64,000 nt of DNA from Blepharisma stoltei ATCC 30299 (Eukaryota; Protista; Ciliophora). The stretch lies in assembly GCA_965603825.1 (NCBI GenBank), contig CBFDEM010000057.1, positions 1 to 64,000 of the forward strand. The letters run 5' to 3'. The position numbers were made by a program, and so were the translations under genes. This document shows positions 25,622 to 36,619 of this stretch, in pieces (the stretch's first letter is position 1; every line of letters starts with the position of its first letter). The notes under the pieces were generated by a model. The model searched no databases, was not told the DNA's origin, and saw only the letters and a list, made by a program, of their open reading frames with translations.

Positions 25622-27010
25622 TTATAGATTTTCTCTACTGGATCTAAGTTTCGCTATAGCAAGCTCTAGCTCATTTTCTGACTGCTCCAGCGCTTCTCTC
25701 GCTTCTTCTTGTGTAAACCCAAGACTAAAAATGATCGCAATTTTCTCTTCTAAATCTTCCATCTCTTTTTTCAAAGCCTGCAAAATCACATGTAGCTTAT
25801 CCCCAAACTTAACTCCAAGTGGAGTGCTAAGTCTCCAAATTCCATTATATCTTCCTTCTTTTTCTGGAATTTGTATAGGAGCTCCAATCTCGATTTCTTC
25901 CCCAGGCTTTGCAGAAACCACTGCAGTTTTTTCACCTCCTAACTCCCCTTTTGCATGGGTCAATAAACACCCATCAGGCCAAGTTTCGTGTCCGTCATTT
26001 CTGACTTTTCAAATTTTGAAGACTGTTGACCCTGGCTCAAAAGTGCCGCATTCTTTCATATTTACATGATTGATAAATTGCATTTTTGGCTTTTTGGGTT
26101 TCACAAGTTTTTTGATGTTTTTTCAGGTTTTTTTCATGAAGCAGCATTTACGAGGATTTTCGGGCTTGGAGCAGAATCATTTTCTGCTTGGAAATGGAGG
26201 GGTTTGGACAGGTGGAGGAAAAGGAGGAAGCGTTTGGAAAGGCGGATGAGGGAAGGTTTCAAAAGGCCGAGGAGGGAAGGTTTCGAAAGGCCGAGGACGG
26301 AAGGTTTCGAAAGGCTGAGGACGGAAGGCTTCGAAAGGCAGAGGACGGAAGGTTTCGAAAGGTGTAGGAGGGAAGGTTTGCACTGGTGGAGGTGAAGTTT
26401 GGACTTGAGGAAGGGCTTGTGGAGAAAGTTGAGCTTTTATAAAAGAAACTGGATTTTCTAATGATTTCAGCTTCAAAAAAGGATGAGGGTGCTTAAGAGT
26501 GTCTTCACAAAGCCCACAGTAATCTAGATTACTACAAACTGTACAGTGATATCTTGCTCCAATAATCGGAGATTTCCCACATCCTCCACAAGAATAATTT
26601 TCCCAAATCGTCCCTTCAGAAGTCTTGTACCCCATTGTCTTCTCCAGCTCAGTCCTAACCATGTCCTTTACATACCCATTCCATTTATCGTCAAAAATCC
26701 AGTCAAATTCTGATTTTGGTATTATTTCAGGGATTTCTTCAACAGATTCAATAGGAGGGATTTCTTCATCCAAAATAACTTTAAAGCTTGGCAACTTTAG
26801 CCTCGTAGCCGTGTTGTAAGCATCTTGAAGCTCCTGGTCACAAGAAATGGTGATCATATCATTTTCTTCATCTCGGTACCGGATTCTGAAATTGGCATGG
26901 CCATAGAGCTTGGCGATTTCTTGTCTGAGGTCTTCTATTGTGTGTGGGATTCTTTTTAGTTTTCGGATTTGATCTTTGTAGGAGATCTTAAGAGGTGTGT
27001 TCAGACTCAT
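25622..27010 (-). CDS. NBR1: NBR1/p62-like selective autophagy receptor (PB1-ZZ-Pro-rich repeats-FW-UBA), 462 aa
   Basis: PB1 (IRYRDEENDMITI), ZZ (CGGCGKSPIIGARYHCTVC), FW (FKIWKVRNDGHETWP), UBA (SLGFTQEEAREALEQS); single frame with UGA=Trp. Confidence 0.92.
26190..26410 (-). repeat. 24-nt coding minisatellite (PFETFRPx) in NBR1
   Basis: Units such as GGAAGGTTTCGAAAGGCCGAGGAC on the + strand. Confidence 0.9.
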
Positions 27011-27241
27011 TAGTCCTTGAACAGAAATTTATTATGAAAATGTCAGAATAAATAGAAGTGGTGATCTTAGATTTACTTAACCATCAATAATAAAGGAAAT
27101 TTCATAGATTATAAGAATTTATTTGGGATTCTTGAATTTTGAATGAAAAATTTTTATATAATCTTTTTTCAATTTAAACGACAAATGGGTTTTCAAGCAC
27201 AAATTATTTTCAAGCTTGAAATTATATTTTGGATCGAGTCC

Positions 27242-27840
27242 TTAGTGAGTTTATAAACACCCTAAATATTCCAGTATCCATCTTTAGATAAAAATTCGCA
27301 AAAAATATAATCCCTAAGGTCAGGGCTACTGAGAGTGCATCTCCTGAAATTTCTTCTTTTGCATAGTCTGGTGGTTAACACATAGAGTAAGCGGCGCTAT
27401 ATTTTGATTATAATTATGGAGAAAAGGACATAGGATTTCTAATGAAGAATGATTTGGCCAAAGATAAGTATGCATATTTGGCTCCACTTTGATAGAAATC
27501 TTTACTGCTTCAATTATATTTGCTTGAAGACTCCTATTTATTTGAAAAATTGTCGCTACTATTTTTTTTTGTTAATTTCTAGTCCACCCTCCAGCTTTTT
27601 CGCCAATTTTCATATTTTAATATTATAAATATAATTTATTTATTCAAATATTTGGCACTTTCTTTCAGCAATCATTTTTACTTTAGAAGGCTTATCTATC
27701 AAATTGAATTCAGCATAAATACAAGCTGCCTTGACCTCATCATTATCGTCATATGTACTTTCTCTTATGAATATAAAATTATTGTGATATGTCCAGGACA
27801 AAAGTTCTATTTTGATTGGAAACTGAGCTTGCAACCCCAC
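27242..27840. pseudogene. Rearranged copy of the 19.5-20.34 kb kelch-like locus (direct part plus inverted part)
   Basis: 27242-27530 matches 19520-19810 in direct orientation; 27532-27830 matches 20015-20340 inverted. Confidence 0.85.
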
Positions 27841-28101
27841 CTTATTCCAAATATAATTTTTTTCTTAATTTATCGATATCTAAATTATAAAAGGCTGCTT
27901 AAAAAGGTTTTGCAATTTGACTTTAAAGATTAACACTCAATTAAGGGAATGTATTATGTTGTCTTTTGGCTGGAAATTACGCAGTTTCTTTTATAGGGAG
28001 CACTGTTCCAGTTAATTAGATTTTAAGATTCAGCATTTTAATGGCTTTTATCTATTTAAAGCTAGCCTCTGTTTATACTCTATAATTATTGAAAATTATT
28101 A

Positions 28102-29412
28102 TTAGCTTTTAGCCTGTATTAAAATGCATAATTTTTTACACCCTTCAAATTCTTCAGATATTACGAGCATGTGCTTTTCAAGTATGTTTAAATTTAAACA
28201 AAAAGGCATTTCTCTATACTCTTCATTTCAAAATTCTAAAGACTCTGTTCTTAATGAATATTGCATTTTTGCTCCAGAATTAGCAAAATTTAGCTTCAAT
28301 TTTATTCTTTTTGCTTCTAAGTCATAAAACTGCACATAAAAAGCTTTATCATCGCAAAAAGATTTCATGATAATAGGGACACCAGAAGCCAATTTTAAAA
28401 TTCATATATCTCATTGACAGTTTTTCCAGACCTTGACGTGCCAGTATCTTATAATTCCATTTTTCACCATTAAAAATTCTTCGCAATTGTGATTAGCCTT
28501 TAAGTGTTCAATAAGATCTCCTCCAGGTCAATCACAGTTATTAGAAATGCAGCTAGCATATGGGTTATACTTTTCTCTTTCTTTAGTAAATAGCATTTTT
28601 TGAATAAAATTTGGATTTTGTGGACTCTCCAGGAATCTCGCTAAAAATAAATTAGCTTGCATTAGTGCCTCAAGTTGAAATTTTTTTCGGTTTTTTTTGT
28701 CTTTGATGTGTTTGACAGCTTTTTCAAGCTGCTCCATTTTATTTTCGTTTTCTATGAAATGCTTATTCATTGTTCTGCTGGAGTCGTAGCCTGATTGGAG
28801 TATTTCTTGAATCATCAGCTTATTTTCTGACATAGCTGCTTCATATTTATTTATTACTTCATTAAGATCTTTTTCCAATTTTACGGTTTTGGATTTTTCA
28901 AAAGCTAGTGATAACCTTAGTTCTTCAAGCTCATGTTGTTTGCTGATTATTTTGTTTTGGGAATTCAAAAGATCATCAAGACTGGCTCAAGATTTTATCT
29001 GGTCTAAATAGCTAATCGTTTTTGCTTCCAATTTTTCGAAATCATCTTCTAAAACAAATTCATTTAGAAAAAATCGTCTTATTGAAGCTAGCAAATCATT
29101 CTCAAGGCTATGAATATTTCCAAGGTATTCATATACTCATCTATTTATATCATTGATTTTTTTTGCGGCGTTTTGCAAGGCATTATTCTTAGCTTTGTCT
29201 AATTCTTTTGATGCTGAGTTAAAGAGTATTTTCGTTCGTTTCCTAATCTCTGATTGAGCGTCTATAAAAGCTTGCAGATATCTGTGGTTAATAGCAGGAT
29301 AGCTTTGGATGTGGTTTTTTAAATGGTTACTGCAAAAATAAAGCTCATTTGTATCACAAAAACAAGCATAAATCACCGGAATTCGGCATCCTATGTATGA
29401 GCAAATTGACAT
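28102..29412 (-). CDS. Zn-finger / coiled-coil / Sina-like Zn-finger and beta-domain protein, 436 aa
   Basis: One frame with UGA=Trp; N-terminal B-box-like Cys/His cluster, coiled coil, then CISNNCDWPGGDLIEHLKANH (SIAH-type finger). Confidence 0.75.
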
Positions 29413-29555
29413 AATTTTTAAATACTTTTATTAAAACTTATATTTTAAGAATAATTTATATAAAATAATTAAATTCACTCATAATTTCTCTGCTCTTACA
29501 AAAATTTCTATACACAATTTACCATAATATTTACAATTTTACCAATATAAAGTAA

Positions 29556-31925
29556 ATGGACACTCCTTTAACCGAGCTCCAAAGCAATGTGAAAAAAGAC
29601 CCAGACCTTTATAAAGAAATCGTCTTACAGCACATTGAAGAATACACACAACTAATCACAAATTTCCCTGAAAATCCTTCAGGTCCAAATGAGCGACTAG
29701 GAGAGCTCATTTACTTTCTCTCACAAATTTCCCCGTTTTTTGTGGTAGAACTCAAGCATTTTCCATCACAAATTTTAACAATTCTCGACAACTATTACGT
29801 AGCTTTACACCAGGAATTCAGAAAAACCTTGTTTTCCTCTCTAATAATCCTGCGTAATCGTGAACAAATTCCAGCCATGAGCATCTTGCCTCTATGTTTT
29901 AAGCTTTTCCGCTGCCAAGACAAAGGTTTACGCCTCCAAGCCTTCAATTTCCTTATATCAGATATCAAAAAAATAAATAAATCCTCACAAAATTACAAGC
30001 TAAATAAGCAGCTTCAGGGATTTATTTTTGATATGATAAAAGACTCAAACGTGACAGCTGCCAAAAAATCGCTGCATGTCGTGATGACACTCTATAAGAA
30101 AAGGGTATGGAAAGACTCAAGGACTGTAAATGTAATAGCCAATGCATGCTTATTGAAAGAGCCAAAACTTGTTCAGATTGGCTGCACATTTTTATTAGCA
30201 GCTGACACAGATTCTTTTGAAACTGATGACGAAGAAGATGAAGAAGCTCCTGAAAAAACTATTATAGGAGCTAAAAAATCCAAAGGAAAAATCAATAAAA
30301 GAGAACGTGAAATTGCTAATTATGAACGCAAAGAACGTCGAAAAGAGCGAAAAATCGAAAATAAAGCTCCTGATTTTTTAACAATTGACCAAATTAACAA
30401 CCCTCAAGGCTTCGTAGAAGAAATGTTTTTAAATTTACAAAAAACCTTTTCCAAAGCAAAATATGACCTAAAAATCGTAATGCTCCAAGTAATCGCAAGA
30501 ATTGTGGGAAGACATAGACTGATACTTTTAGAATTGTACCCTTATTTACAAAAAATTTTGTCACCGAAGTCCAGGAGGATTACACATATTTTAATTGTGT
30601 GTGCCGAAGCGACACATGAGCTGGTGCCTCCTTCAGATTTGCAGCCTTTGGTGAAGAAGTTGATTGACAATTTTATAGGCGAACAATGTGCAGAAGAGAC
30701 CTTAATTTTAGGGCTAAATACATTGAGAGAAATATGTAAAAGACAGCCATTAGTCGTTGATGCTGATGTACTGGAATATGTAGCTGGGTTTAAGAATTAT
30801 AGAAATAAATCTGTTGTGGTGGCTGCTTGCTCTATTATTAGTTTATATAAAGAAATCAAGCCTTCTTTATTGAAAAAGAAATTAAGAGGAAATGGGGAAG
30901 ATCAGGTAGGAGAGTTTGGAGAAGTCAAAGTTTTTAAAAGAATTCCTGGAATAGAGCTATTAGAAAGTCAAAATGATGGAAAAGGACTGAGCACTAATCA
31001 GACGGTTTTTCTGAGGCAGCCAATTGTGAAATCAGATAACTTGGAAAGGCTAGAAAAGGTGCTGGAGAAAAGGAAAGAGAAGGAAGATCAAAATGAGGAG
31101 AAAAATAATCAGGAAGAAGAGGAAGGAAGTGAAGAGGAAGGAAGTGAAGAGGAGGGAAGTGAAGAAGAAGGAAGTGAAGAGGAAGGAAGCGAAGAAGAGG
31201 AAAGTGAAGAAGAGGAAAGTGAAGAGGAAGGAAATGAAGAGGAAAGAAGTGAAGAAGAAATTGAAGAAGAGGAAAGCCAAGAAGAGGAAAATGAAGAAGA
31301 GGATAGTGAAGAAGAAGAGGAAGGTGATGAGGATTCTAAAAATGAAAGAGACAGCGAAGAAATAGAAGAAGAAAATTCCAACTCTGAGCTTACTGAAAGT
31401 GAGAACTCAGGACAAGAATCCATGTCAAACGAAGAAGATATTAGCCCTCCTGAAGAAAACACCCTTTTGCAAGGAGCTCAATATCTTCCACAATCTAATC
31501 CACAGCTTCCAATTGAATGTGACCGTATTTTGACTCAAAAAGATTTCAATCGCATAAAGCAGCTTCAAAGAGAAGCCGAAGCCAGACGAAAGCATGAGCA
31601 ATTCGTTGACGACTCAGAATCTGATAGCAACCCTCACGATTTCCTTGAAGACAGCGATCTTGAGACAGGCCAAGTCTCAAAACAAGAAAAGCGCAAAGCT
31701 ACAATTGAGGAAAAACTCAAAAGAAAATATGAGCGAAAAAAGAAAACTGGAGGAAAAACCCATAGAGAGCATAAGAAAAACAAGCCAGCTTTGATGGTAA
31801 TGAAGAAGAAACAGTCAGGAATTAAAGAACAGCTGCAGCAGGTTAGAAAGAAAATAAGAAGAAGCAAGCAGCAGCTTGGAAAATTCAGTAAGAGATTTAG
31901 TCAGACAAAGAAAAAAGCAGCTTAA
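29556..31925 (+). CDS. SDA1: SDA1 homolog (60S biogenesis)
   Basis: LQSNVKKDPDLY N-terminus, VWKDSRTVNVIANAC, RILTQKDFNRIK, KNKPALM basic C-terminus, acidic tract. Confidence 0.95.
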   Translation: MDTPLTELQSNVKKDPDLYKEIVLQHIEEYTQLITNFPENPSGPNERLGELIYFLSQISPFFVVELKHFPSQILTILDNYYVALHQEFRKTLFSSLIILRNREQIPAMSILPLCFKLFRCQDKGLRLQAFNFLISDIKKINKSSQNYKLNKQLQGFIFDMIKDSNVTAAKKSLHVVMTLYKKRVWKDSRTVNVIANACLLKEPKLVQIGCTFLLAADTDSFETDDEEDEEAPEKTIIGAKKSKGKINKREREIANYERKERRKERKIENKAPDFLTIDQINNPQGFVEEMFLNLQKTFSKAKYDLKIVMLQVIARIVGRHRLILLELYPYLQKILSPKSRRITHILIVCAEATHELVPPSDLQPLVKKLIDNFIGEQCAEETLILGLNTLREICKRQPLVVDADVLEYVAGFKNYRNKSVVVAACSIISLYKEIKPSLLKKKLRGNGEDQVGEFGEVKVFKRIPGIELLESQNDGKGLSTNQTVFLRQPIVKSDNLERLEKVLEKRKEKEDQNEEKNNQEEEEGSEEEGSEEEGSEEEGSEEEGSEEEESEEEESEEEGNEEERSEEEIEEEESQEEENEEEDSEEEEEGDEDSKNERDSEEIEEENSNSELTESENSGQESMSNEEDISPPEENTLLQGAQYLPQSNPQLPIECDRILTQKDFNRIKQLQREAEARRKHEQFVDDSESDSNPHDFLEDSDLETGQVSKQEKRKATIEEKLKRKYERKKKTGGKTHREHKKNKPALMVMKKKQSGIKEQLQQVRKKIRRSKQQLGKFSKRFSQTKKKAA
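31114..31330 (+). repeat. 15-nt coding repeat (EEEGS/EEEES) in SDA1
   Basis: GAAGAGGAAGGAAGT-like units in tandem. Confidence 0.9.
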
Positions 31926-31934
31926 TTAATTATT

Positions 31935-32279
31935 TCATTTTTCATAGTCATTTTTGGTACCGTTTTTCCAAAACTTGTTGGAAATTATAAGAGAAGTTTC
32001 TTCGTTGTAAGCTGGAAGTGGGCTTTCTTCTGCAGGAGAGGATTCAAGGTAGTCATTAATAGGGTTGAGAGGTGAAGATTTCGGCGGGGTAGAAAATCCT
32101 ACTGTGCGGCTTATTTTTGGTCTGTTTTGGCTTCTTAGCTTACAGGTTAGGCAGTTTTCTTTTACTAAGTGTGTGCACACCTGTTTGTACTCAGTCTGAT
32201 TCTCGATTGGTTTTAAGGGAACTCTATGATTTTCTTGTCTGGAGCTGATCCTATAAGCAGGAAAGTATCTACTATTCAT
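31935..32279 (-). CDS. Hypothetical protein, 114 aa
   Basis: ORF in the compact block; ends TGA 31935, with TAA three codons later. Confidence 0.65.
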   Translation of the reverse strand: MNSRYFPAYRISSRQENHRVPLKPIENQTEYKQVCTHLVKENCLTCKLRSQNRPKISRTVGFSTPPKSSPLNPINDYLESSPAEESPLPAYNEETSLIISNKFWKNGTKNDYEK

Positions 32280-32311
32280 ATTTAATATTATTTACAGCTG
32301 ATAAATTAAAT

Positions 32312-33340
32312 ATGGGCTGTTGTCATACAACGGCAGCATCAACAGAAAGTCATATCTCACTAAGCCTCTGTGATGAAGAAATCACAATCAGCCAATATGA
32401 AGCCTCAAGTCCATTTTCAAGCAAATCATCTAAGCTCCTTACAAGTGAATTTTTGATGTTAGGAGAATCCTCATCTATCAATTTTTCTCAATTTGAGCTA
32501 GCTTGTTCTCATTTAGGGATAAATCCAAGGCTATTTATTTCTCAATACCCCAATTTTATAGAAAGTTTAAAAGACAGTCCACAGACATATGATATAAAAA
32601 AAATTATACTTGTTTGCATTTTATTAGGTAAAGGGAAGCCGAGGGAAAAGTGCAATTTATTATTTGATTATACAGATGCGAACTCAGACGATATAGTCAG
32701 TGTAAAAGATGTAGAAAAAATGCTAAGTGATTTAATTGATGCATCTTTAATCCTGACTCCTATGACAGCAATCGGTCACAATAAATTATCTTTAATTGAA
32801 ATCGAAAATTACTGTGAAGGCCTTGTGCAATCCAAAAGAAAATTAATCAAAAAATTGAAATATTGCATCATGGGTGAAGAAAAAACCTTGGATTCAAGTC
32901 AATTTGATGTAAAAATTTTCGATTCAGAAATTTTGCAAAATATTATTAATCCTAATGGTATCAGAATTTTACTCAAAAATCAGCATTTTTCTTTATCATC
33001 ACTAGAAGAAAGCCCAATTACTTCTGACAATAAAAGTGATGCATTTTTTGGCAGGGAAAGCTCTGGAAAAGACCTAAGTCTTCAATTAAGAAGCCTTAAT
33101 GATGAAGGATCTCCTAAAGAAGTACACACAGCGACTGAGTCAATGCAAACCCCAGAAAAACCAATGGTAATTGATCTGAATTTCGGCCCAGGTCAAAAAG
33201 AAAAACTTTATTTATACAGAAATGATGATCTCGACACCAAGGTAAAAAACTTTGCAAGAACACACAGACTTAATAAAAAGGAGGCTGACGGACTGCTAAA
33301 TTACATTGAAAAAATAAGACAAGACGCTTACAAAAGCTAA
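32312..33340 (+). CDS. N-acylated EF-hand protein
   Basis: MGCC N-terminus; EF-hand LFDYTDANSDDIVSVKDV. Confidence 0.8.
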   Translation: MGCCHTTAASTESHISLSLCDEEITISQYEASSPFSSKSSKLLTSEFLMLGESSSINFSQFELACSHLGINPRLFISQYPNFIESLKDSPQTYDIKKIILVCILLGKGKPREKCNLLFDYTDANSDDIVSVKDVEKMLSDLIDASLILTPMTAIGHNKLSLIEIENYCEGLVQSKRKLIKKLKYCIMGEEKTLDSSQFDVKIFDSEILQNIINPNGIRILLKNQHFSLSSLEESPITSDNKSDAFFGRESSGKDLSLQLRSLNDEGSPKEVHTATESMQTPEKPMVIDLNFGPGQKEKLYLYRNDDLDTKVKNFARTHRLNKKEADGLLNYIEKIRQDAYKS

Positions 33341-33359
33341 GTTATTATTATAATATGTA

Positions 33360-34199
33360 TTATTCCATAGGAATTGCAAGCATCATTGACAAAAATTCCT
33401 CTAATTTAATTCTGTTTTTTGGGGTTCCTCTTCGTTTATTAGCTTTTTTCAAAAAGAAAAATGCCATTTTCTCGATTGCACGGTTTTCACCTTTAGATTT
33501 CTTATGGGCCATGTTCACGACAGTTTTTAGATCTTCGAAATTTAGATCGTCCTTTTTTTCATTGTATACCAAATTAAAGAAAAATACTAATTTTTGCTTG
33601 GTAAAACAGCATTCTAGCTTGGGGTCACGGGAACTTTGTAGGAAAAACTGAGCGATTGGCTTTTGATGGATTCCTTCAATACAGTTTACAAAGGTGGTCA
33701 GATCAACTCAGTCTTTTTTTCCTATACCAAGAAGCAGAATATTGAGAAAACTTTGATCGTAAACGTAGCAATTTAGAAAAAACTGTGCAATTGCAATTCT
33801 GTGGACTTCATAATGATTTTTTATTTGCTGAATTCAACTGGTTCCTAAGTAGTCTTTCACAATATTGATGTACACTGAATGGATGATAGAAAACTCATCC
33901 TTAGTATATTCTTTATAATTGAATTTTTTCCCCAAAAATTTCTTTGATGAGTAGCTATCAGCTTCTTGAGCTTTATTTGGGCCCAATAAGCAAGGAACTG
34001 AATAATTCATGCTCAAATTATGAGTTAAATCTGCTTCAGTTGCAAAAGTGCCTAGGGTAATCATTGAAACATTTTCCCGATATCTTGGATTCCGAAATCT
34101 GCTTTGCTGGTCAGATTTTTTCCTTAATCCACAATATATTTTCACGAATAATTTTAAAGTATCAATTATCTCTCCATCTGAATTTTTATATTGCGACAT
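33360..34199 (-). CDS. Protein with degenerate C-terminal EF-hands (start uncertain)
   Basis: ORFs 34283-33834 and 33572-33360 join via UGA=Trp; WVDLTTFV, DLNFEDLK, RIKLEEFL. Confidence 0.7.
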
Positions 34200-34657
34200 A
34201 ATCTTATTTTTATCAAAAAAGGTTTCCACAAATTTGAAAACTGAAAAATTATTGTGAAACGTGGAATTTTTATGTGTTTGCAATAAGGATTTGGTCAGCA
34301 GATGACTTATATAGGAAATATAAAAGAAAAAGTAAAGCCAGAATTTGTTTACGAAGTTTAAGAGAGCTTTACTTTGTTAAAGAAACTGATTAAGAGAATA
34401 AAATAAATTAATTAAAGAGTATTAATAAATATCATGCGAATTTAAATTATAAAAACTTAAAGCTGTGCCGAAATTAGTGAGACTGAAAGTTCTCCTATGC
34501 AAATGCAAAAAATGTGGACATTTTTCAAGTCCTCGTAAATTCTTGATTTATGCAAATTTCTTCAAGTCCTATATCTCCATTTATAATGCAAGCTATTTTT
34601 GAAAATACATTAAATATTTAAATTAAGTATCCCCTTCAGATATTGAAAATATATTAG

Positions 34658-35221
34658 ATGGAAGATAATACAGCTCAAATTGTATCCTTTATCTAGCTTG
34701 TTGATCTAATGCGCTTAGCTTCAAATTTCTTCAACCAAGCTGCTGACCTTCTTCAATCCCGAGTTTCCTTCCACCCTATCGAAACTCCAACTTTAGACAA
34801 ACAAGAAAAAAGAAAAAAATGCAAATTACAATACAACAAATCTTGCTATCAGCTTTTCATGCTCGAAAGATCCAAAACCCTTAAACAAAACCCTGAAAAT
34901 GCTCGTATATTTTATTTAGCGTTAAAACTTAGTGAGATTTCTAAATTAATTTCTCAAGAATGGAAAACTATGCCAGACGAAGAAAAGAAAATCTGAAAAG
35001 ACAAGGCCGATCTCCTTAGAGGTATAGTAAAAAACCCTAAACATAATGATGAAAACCCTAAGCTTTCTCTGCTAAAGCTTCTGGAGGATGAAGACGATAT
35101 TTTTGACGTTTCACAAAACCACAATGTAGCAATAAAAAATGAGTCGCCAAGTCAAACTGATGAGAACACTGAAAGTGATGAAGAGGAGCCTAAAAAGCAT
35201 ATGAAGCTTGAAAGTTGCTAA
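34658..35221 (+). CDS. HMG-box protein with two 15-nt introns
   Basis: SCYQLFMLERS..LSEISKLISQEWKTMPDEEKKIW; introns 34682-34696 (GTATCCTTTATCTAG) and 34905-34919 (GTATATTTTATTTAG). Confidence 0.88.
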
Positions 35222-35332
35222 AATTACAATTAAAAGCCCTCATCAGGGATAAATTTAGTTTTATTTAGATTATATTTTTTATATTAGATAATGCATTTTC
35301 TCGAATGGCTATAAAGCTGGTTTATTATAATT

Positions 35333-36106
35333 ATGAAGCTGTGGAGGAGATTAGTTGCTGAAACATACGGGACAGCTGCGTTAGCATTCGTTATTTTTGC
35401 TAGCGAAGGAGAAGCATGGTCTGTAGGAATTGGCTTCTGGGTCATTATTGTTGGGTGCGGATTTATTGGTGGTGCCCACTTTAACCCTACTGTTACTTGT
35501 GCAGCAATTGCCAAGGATCTTTACTTCAGACACCTCCAAATCAAAAAGGCTAAGGACAAGTCATTGAAATATTTCACTGAATCAGTCCAAGAAGACCTTC
35601 TTTACTTGGTCGCTCAAATTGTCGGAGCATTGCTTGGAAGCTTCTTCGGACAAGCAGTCTGGGATAGCCCTTGGAGTGTATCTATTGCTGGAGGCAGCAC
35701 TGAAGTCCAAGCCATCTTTGCAGAACTTATTTTCACTGCTCATCTCGTCCTTGTGGTCTTGGTCTCTGCTGAACTTATGGACTCTGTCATTGCTTCAGGT
35801 ATGGCAATTGCGTTTACAGTGCTCGCAGGCATTTTAACCGTAGGAGATATTTCTGGAGGTTGCTTTAACCCAACTGTTTGCATTGCAATTGATGTTGTCA
35901 AAGCAATTTTTGCAAATGATACAGCTAGCTTAACTAACTGGTGGGTTTATATTGTGGGTCCATTCCTTGGTGCTGTTCTCGGAACTATCATTGGCATCAC
36001 CTTCTTAAGAGAAAAGATCCAGATCAACAAGAAGAAAAAGATGAAGTGGCATCCTAAAGAATTCGGCCTAGCACTCCTCAAGGACCACATTAAGAGCGAC
36101 AATTAA
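35333..36106 (+). CDS. Aquaporin/MIP channel with NPT/NPT motifs
   Basis: GGAHFNPTVT and SGGCFNPTVC, six hydrophobic helices. Confidence 0.93.
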   Translation: MKLWRRLVAETYGTAALAFVIFASEGEAWSVGIGFWVIIVGCGFIGGAHFNPTVTCAAIAKDLYFRHLQIKKAKDKSLKYFTESVQEDLLYLVAQIVGALLGSFFGQAVWDSPWSVSIAGGSTEVQAIFAELIFTAHLVLVVLVSAELMDSVIASGMAIAFTVLAGILTVGDISGGCFNPTVCIAIDVVKAIFANDTASLTNWWVYIVGPFLGAVLGTIIGITFLREKIQINKKKKMKWHPKEFGLALLKDHIKSDN

Positions 36107-36175
36107 TTAACTAAGTCTTAAGTTACCTTATTATTTCTAATTTTTTAATTATTTTTTCTGATTTATTTAGAAAAA

Positions 36176-36619
36176 TTATAAGTCAACATCACTAGAAATC
36201 GGTAATTTGGCAGCATGCTGAGAAATTGCATAAATAATCCCTGTTATCACTAAGCACAGCACTACAAACATGCACCAATCTACTCCTTTGTGGAAGCCTG
36301 ATTCGTGGTTTTTTTCTTTGTCTTGTAAATCTTTTATGTAACTTTTAAATATTTCTTGCTCGTGTGGAGTCATTGCGCTTAAAATTCTTTCTTGTCGTTC
36401 TTTTGATCTTTGTTTCATTGCATCTAGTTCTTCTTGGGTGTAAAATTTTTCTTGCACTGGCTCTTCTTTTGGAGAGTCTTCAGGCTTTTCAAGTGTGGGC
36501 TCAATAGGGACTGGGCGGGTGCTGTAGTAGATTAAAGGGATTGATATAAGGCCTCCGATTAACAAATATTCCATTATATTTGGAATTAACAATTTTTTGA
36601 TTATAGAGTGGGATGTCAT
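36176..36619 (-). CDS. Small two-TM hypothetical membrane protein
   Basis: Hydrophobic segments at both ends, charged middle; the second Met may be the true start. Confidence 0.7.
   Translation of the reverse strand: MTSHSIIKKLLIPNIMEYLLIGGLISIPLIYYSTRPVPIEPTLEKPEDSPKEEPVQEKFYTQEELDAMKQRSKERQERILSAMTPHEQEIFKSYIKDLQDKEKNHESGFHKGVDWCMFVVLCLVITGIIYAISQHAAKLPISSDVDL

Noticed and set aside
25731-26819. Plus-strand ORFs with REGFER repeats; CRISPR-like appearance
   Set aside because: Antisense of the NBR1 coding minisatellite; no spacers, and the context is eukaryotic.
31050-31867. Poly-Ser, Phe-rich and Lys-rich ORFs
   Set aside because: Shadow frames of the SDA1 acidic repeat.
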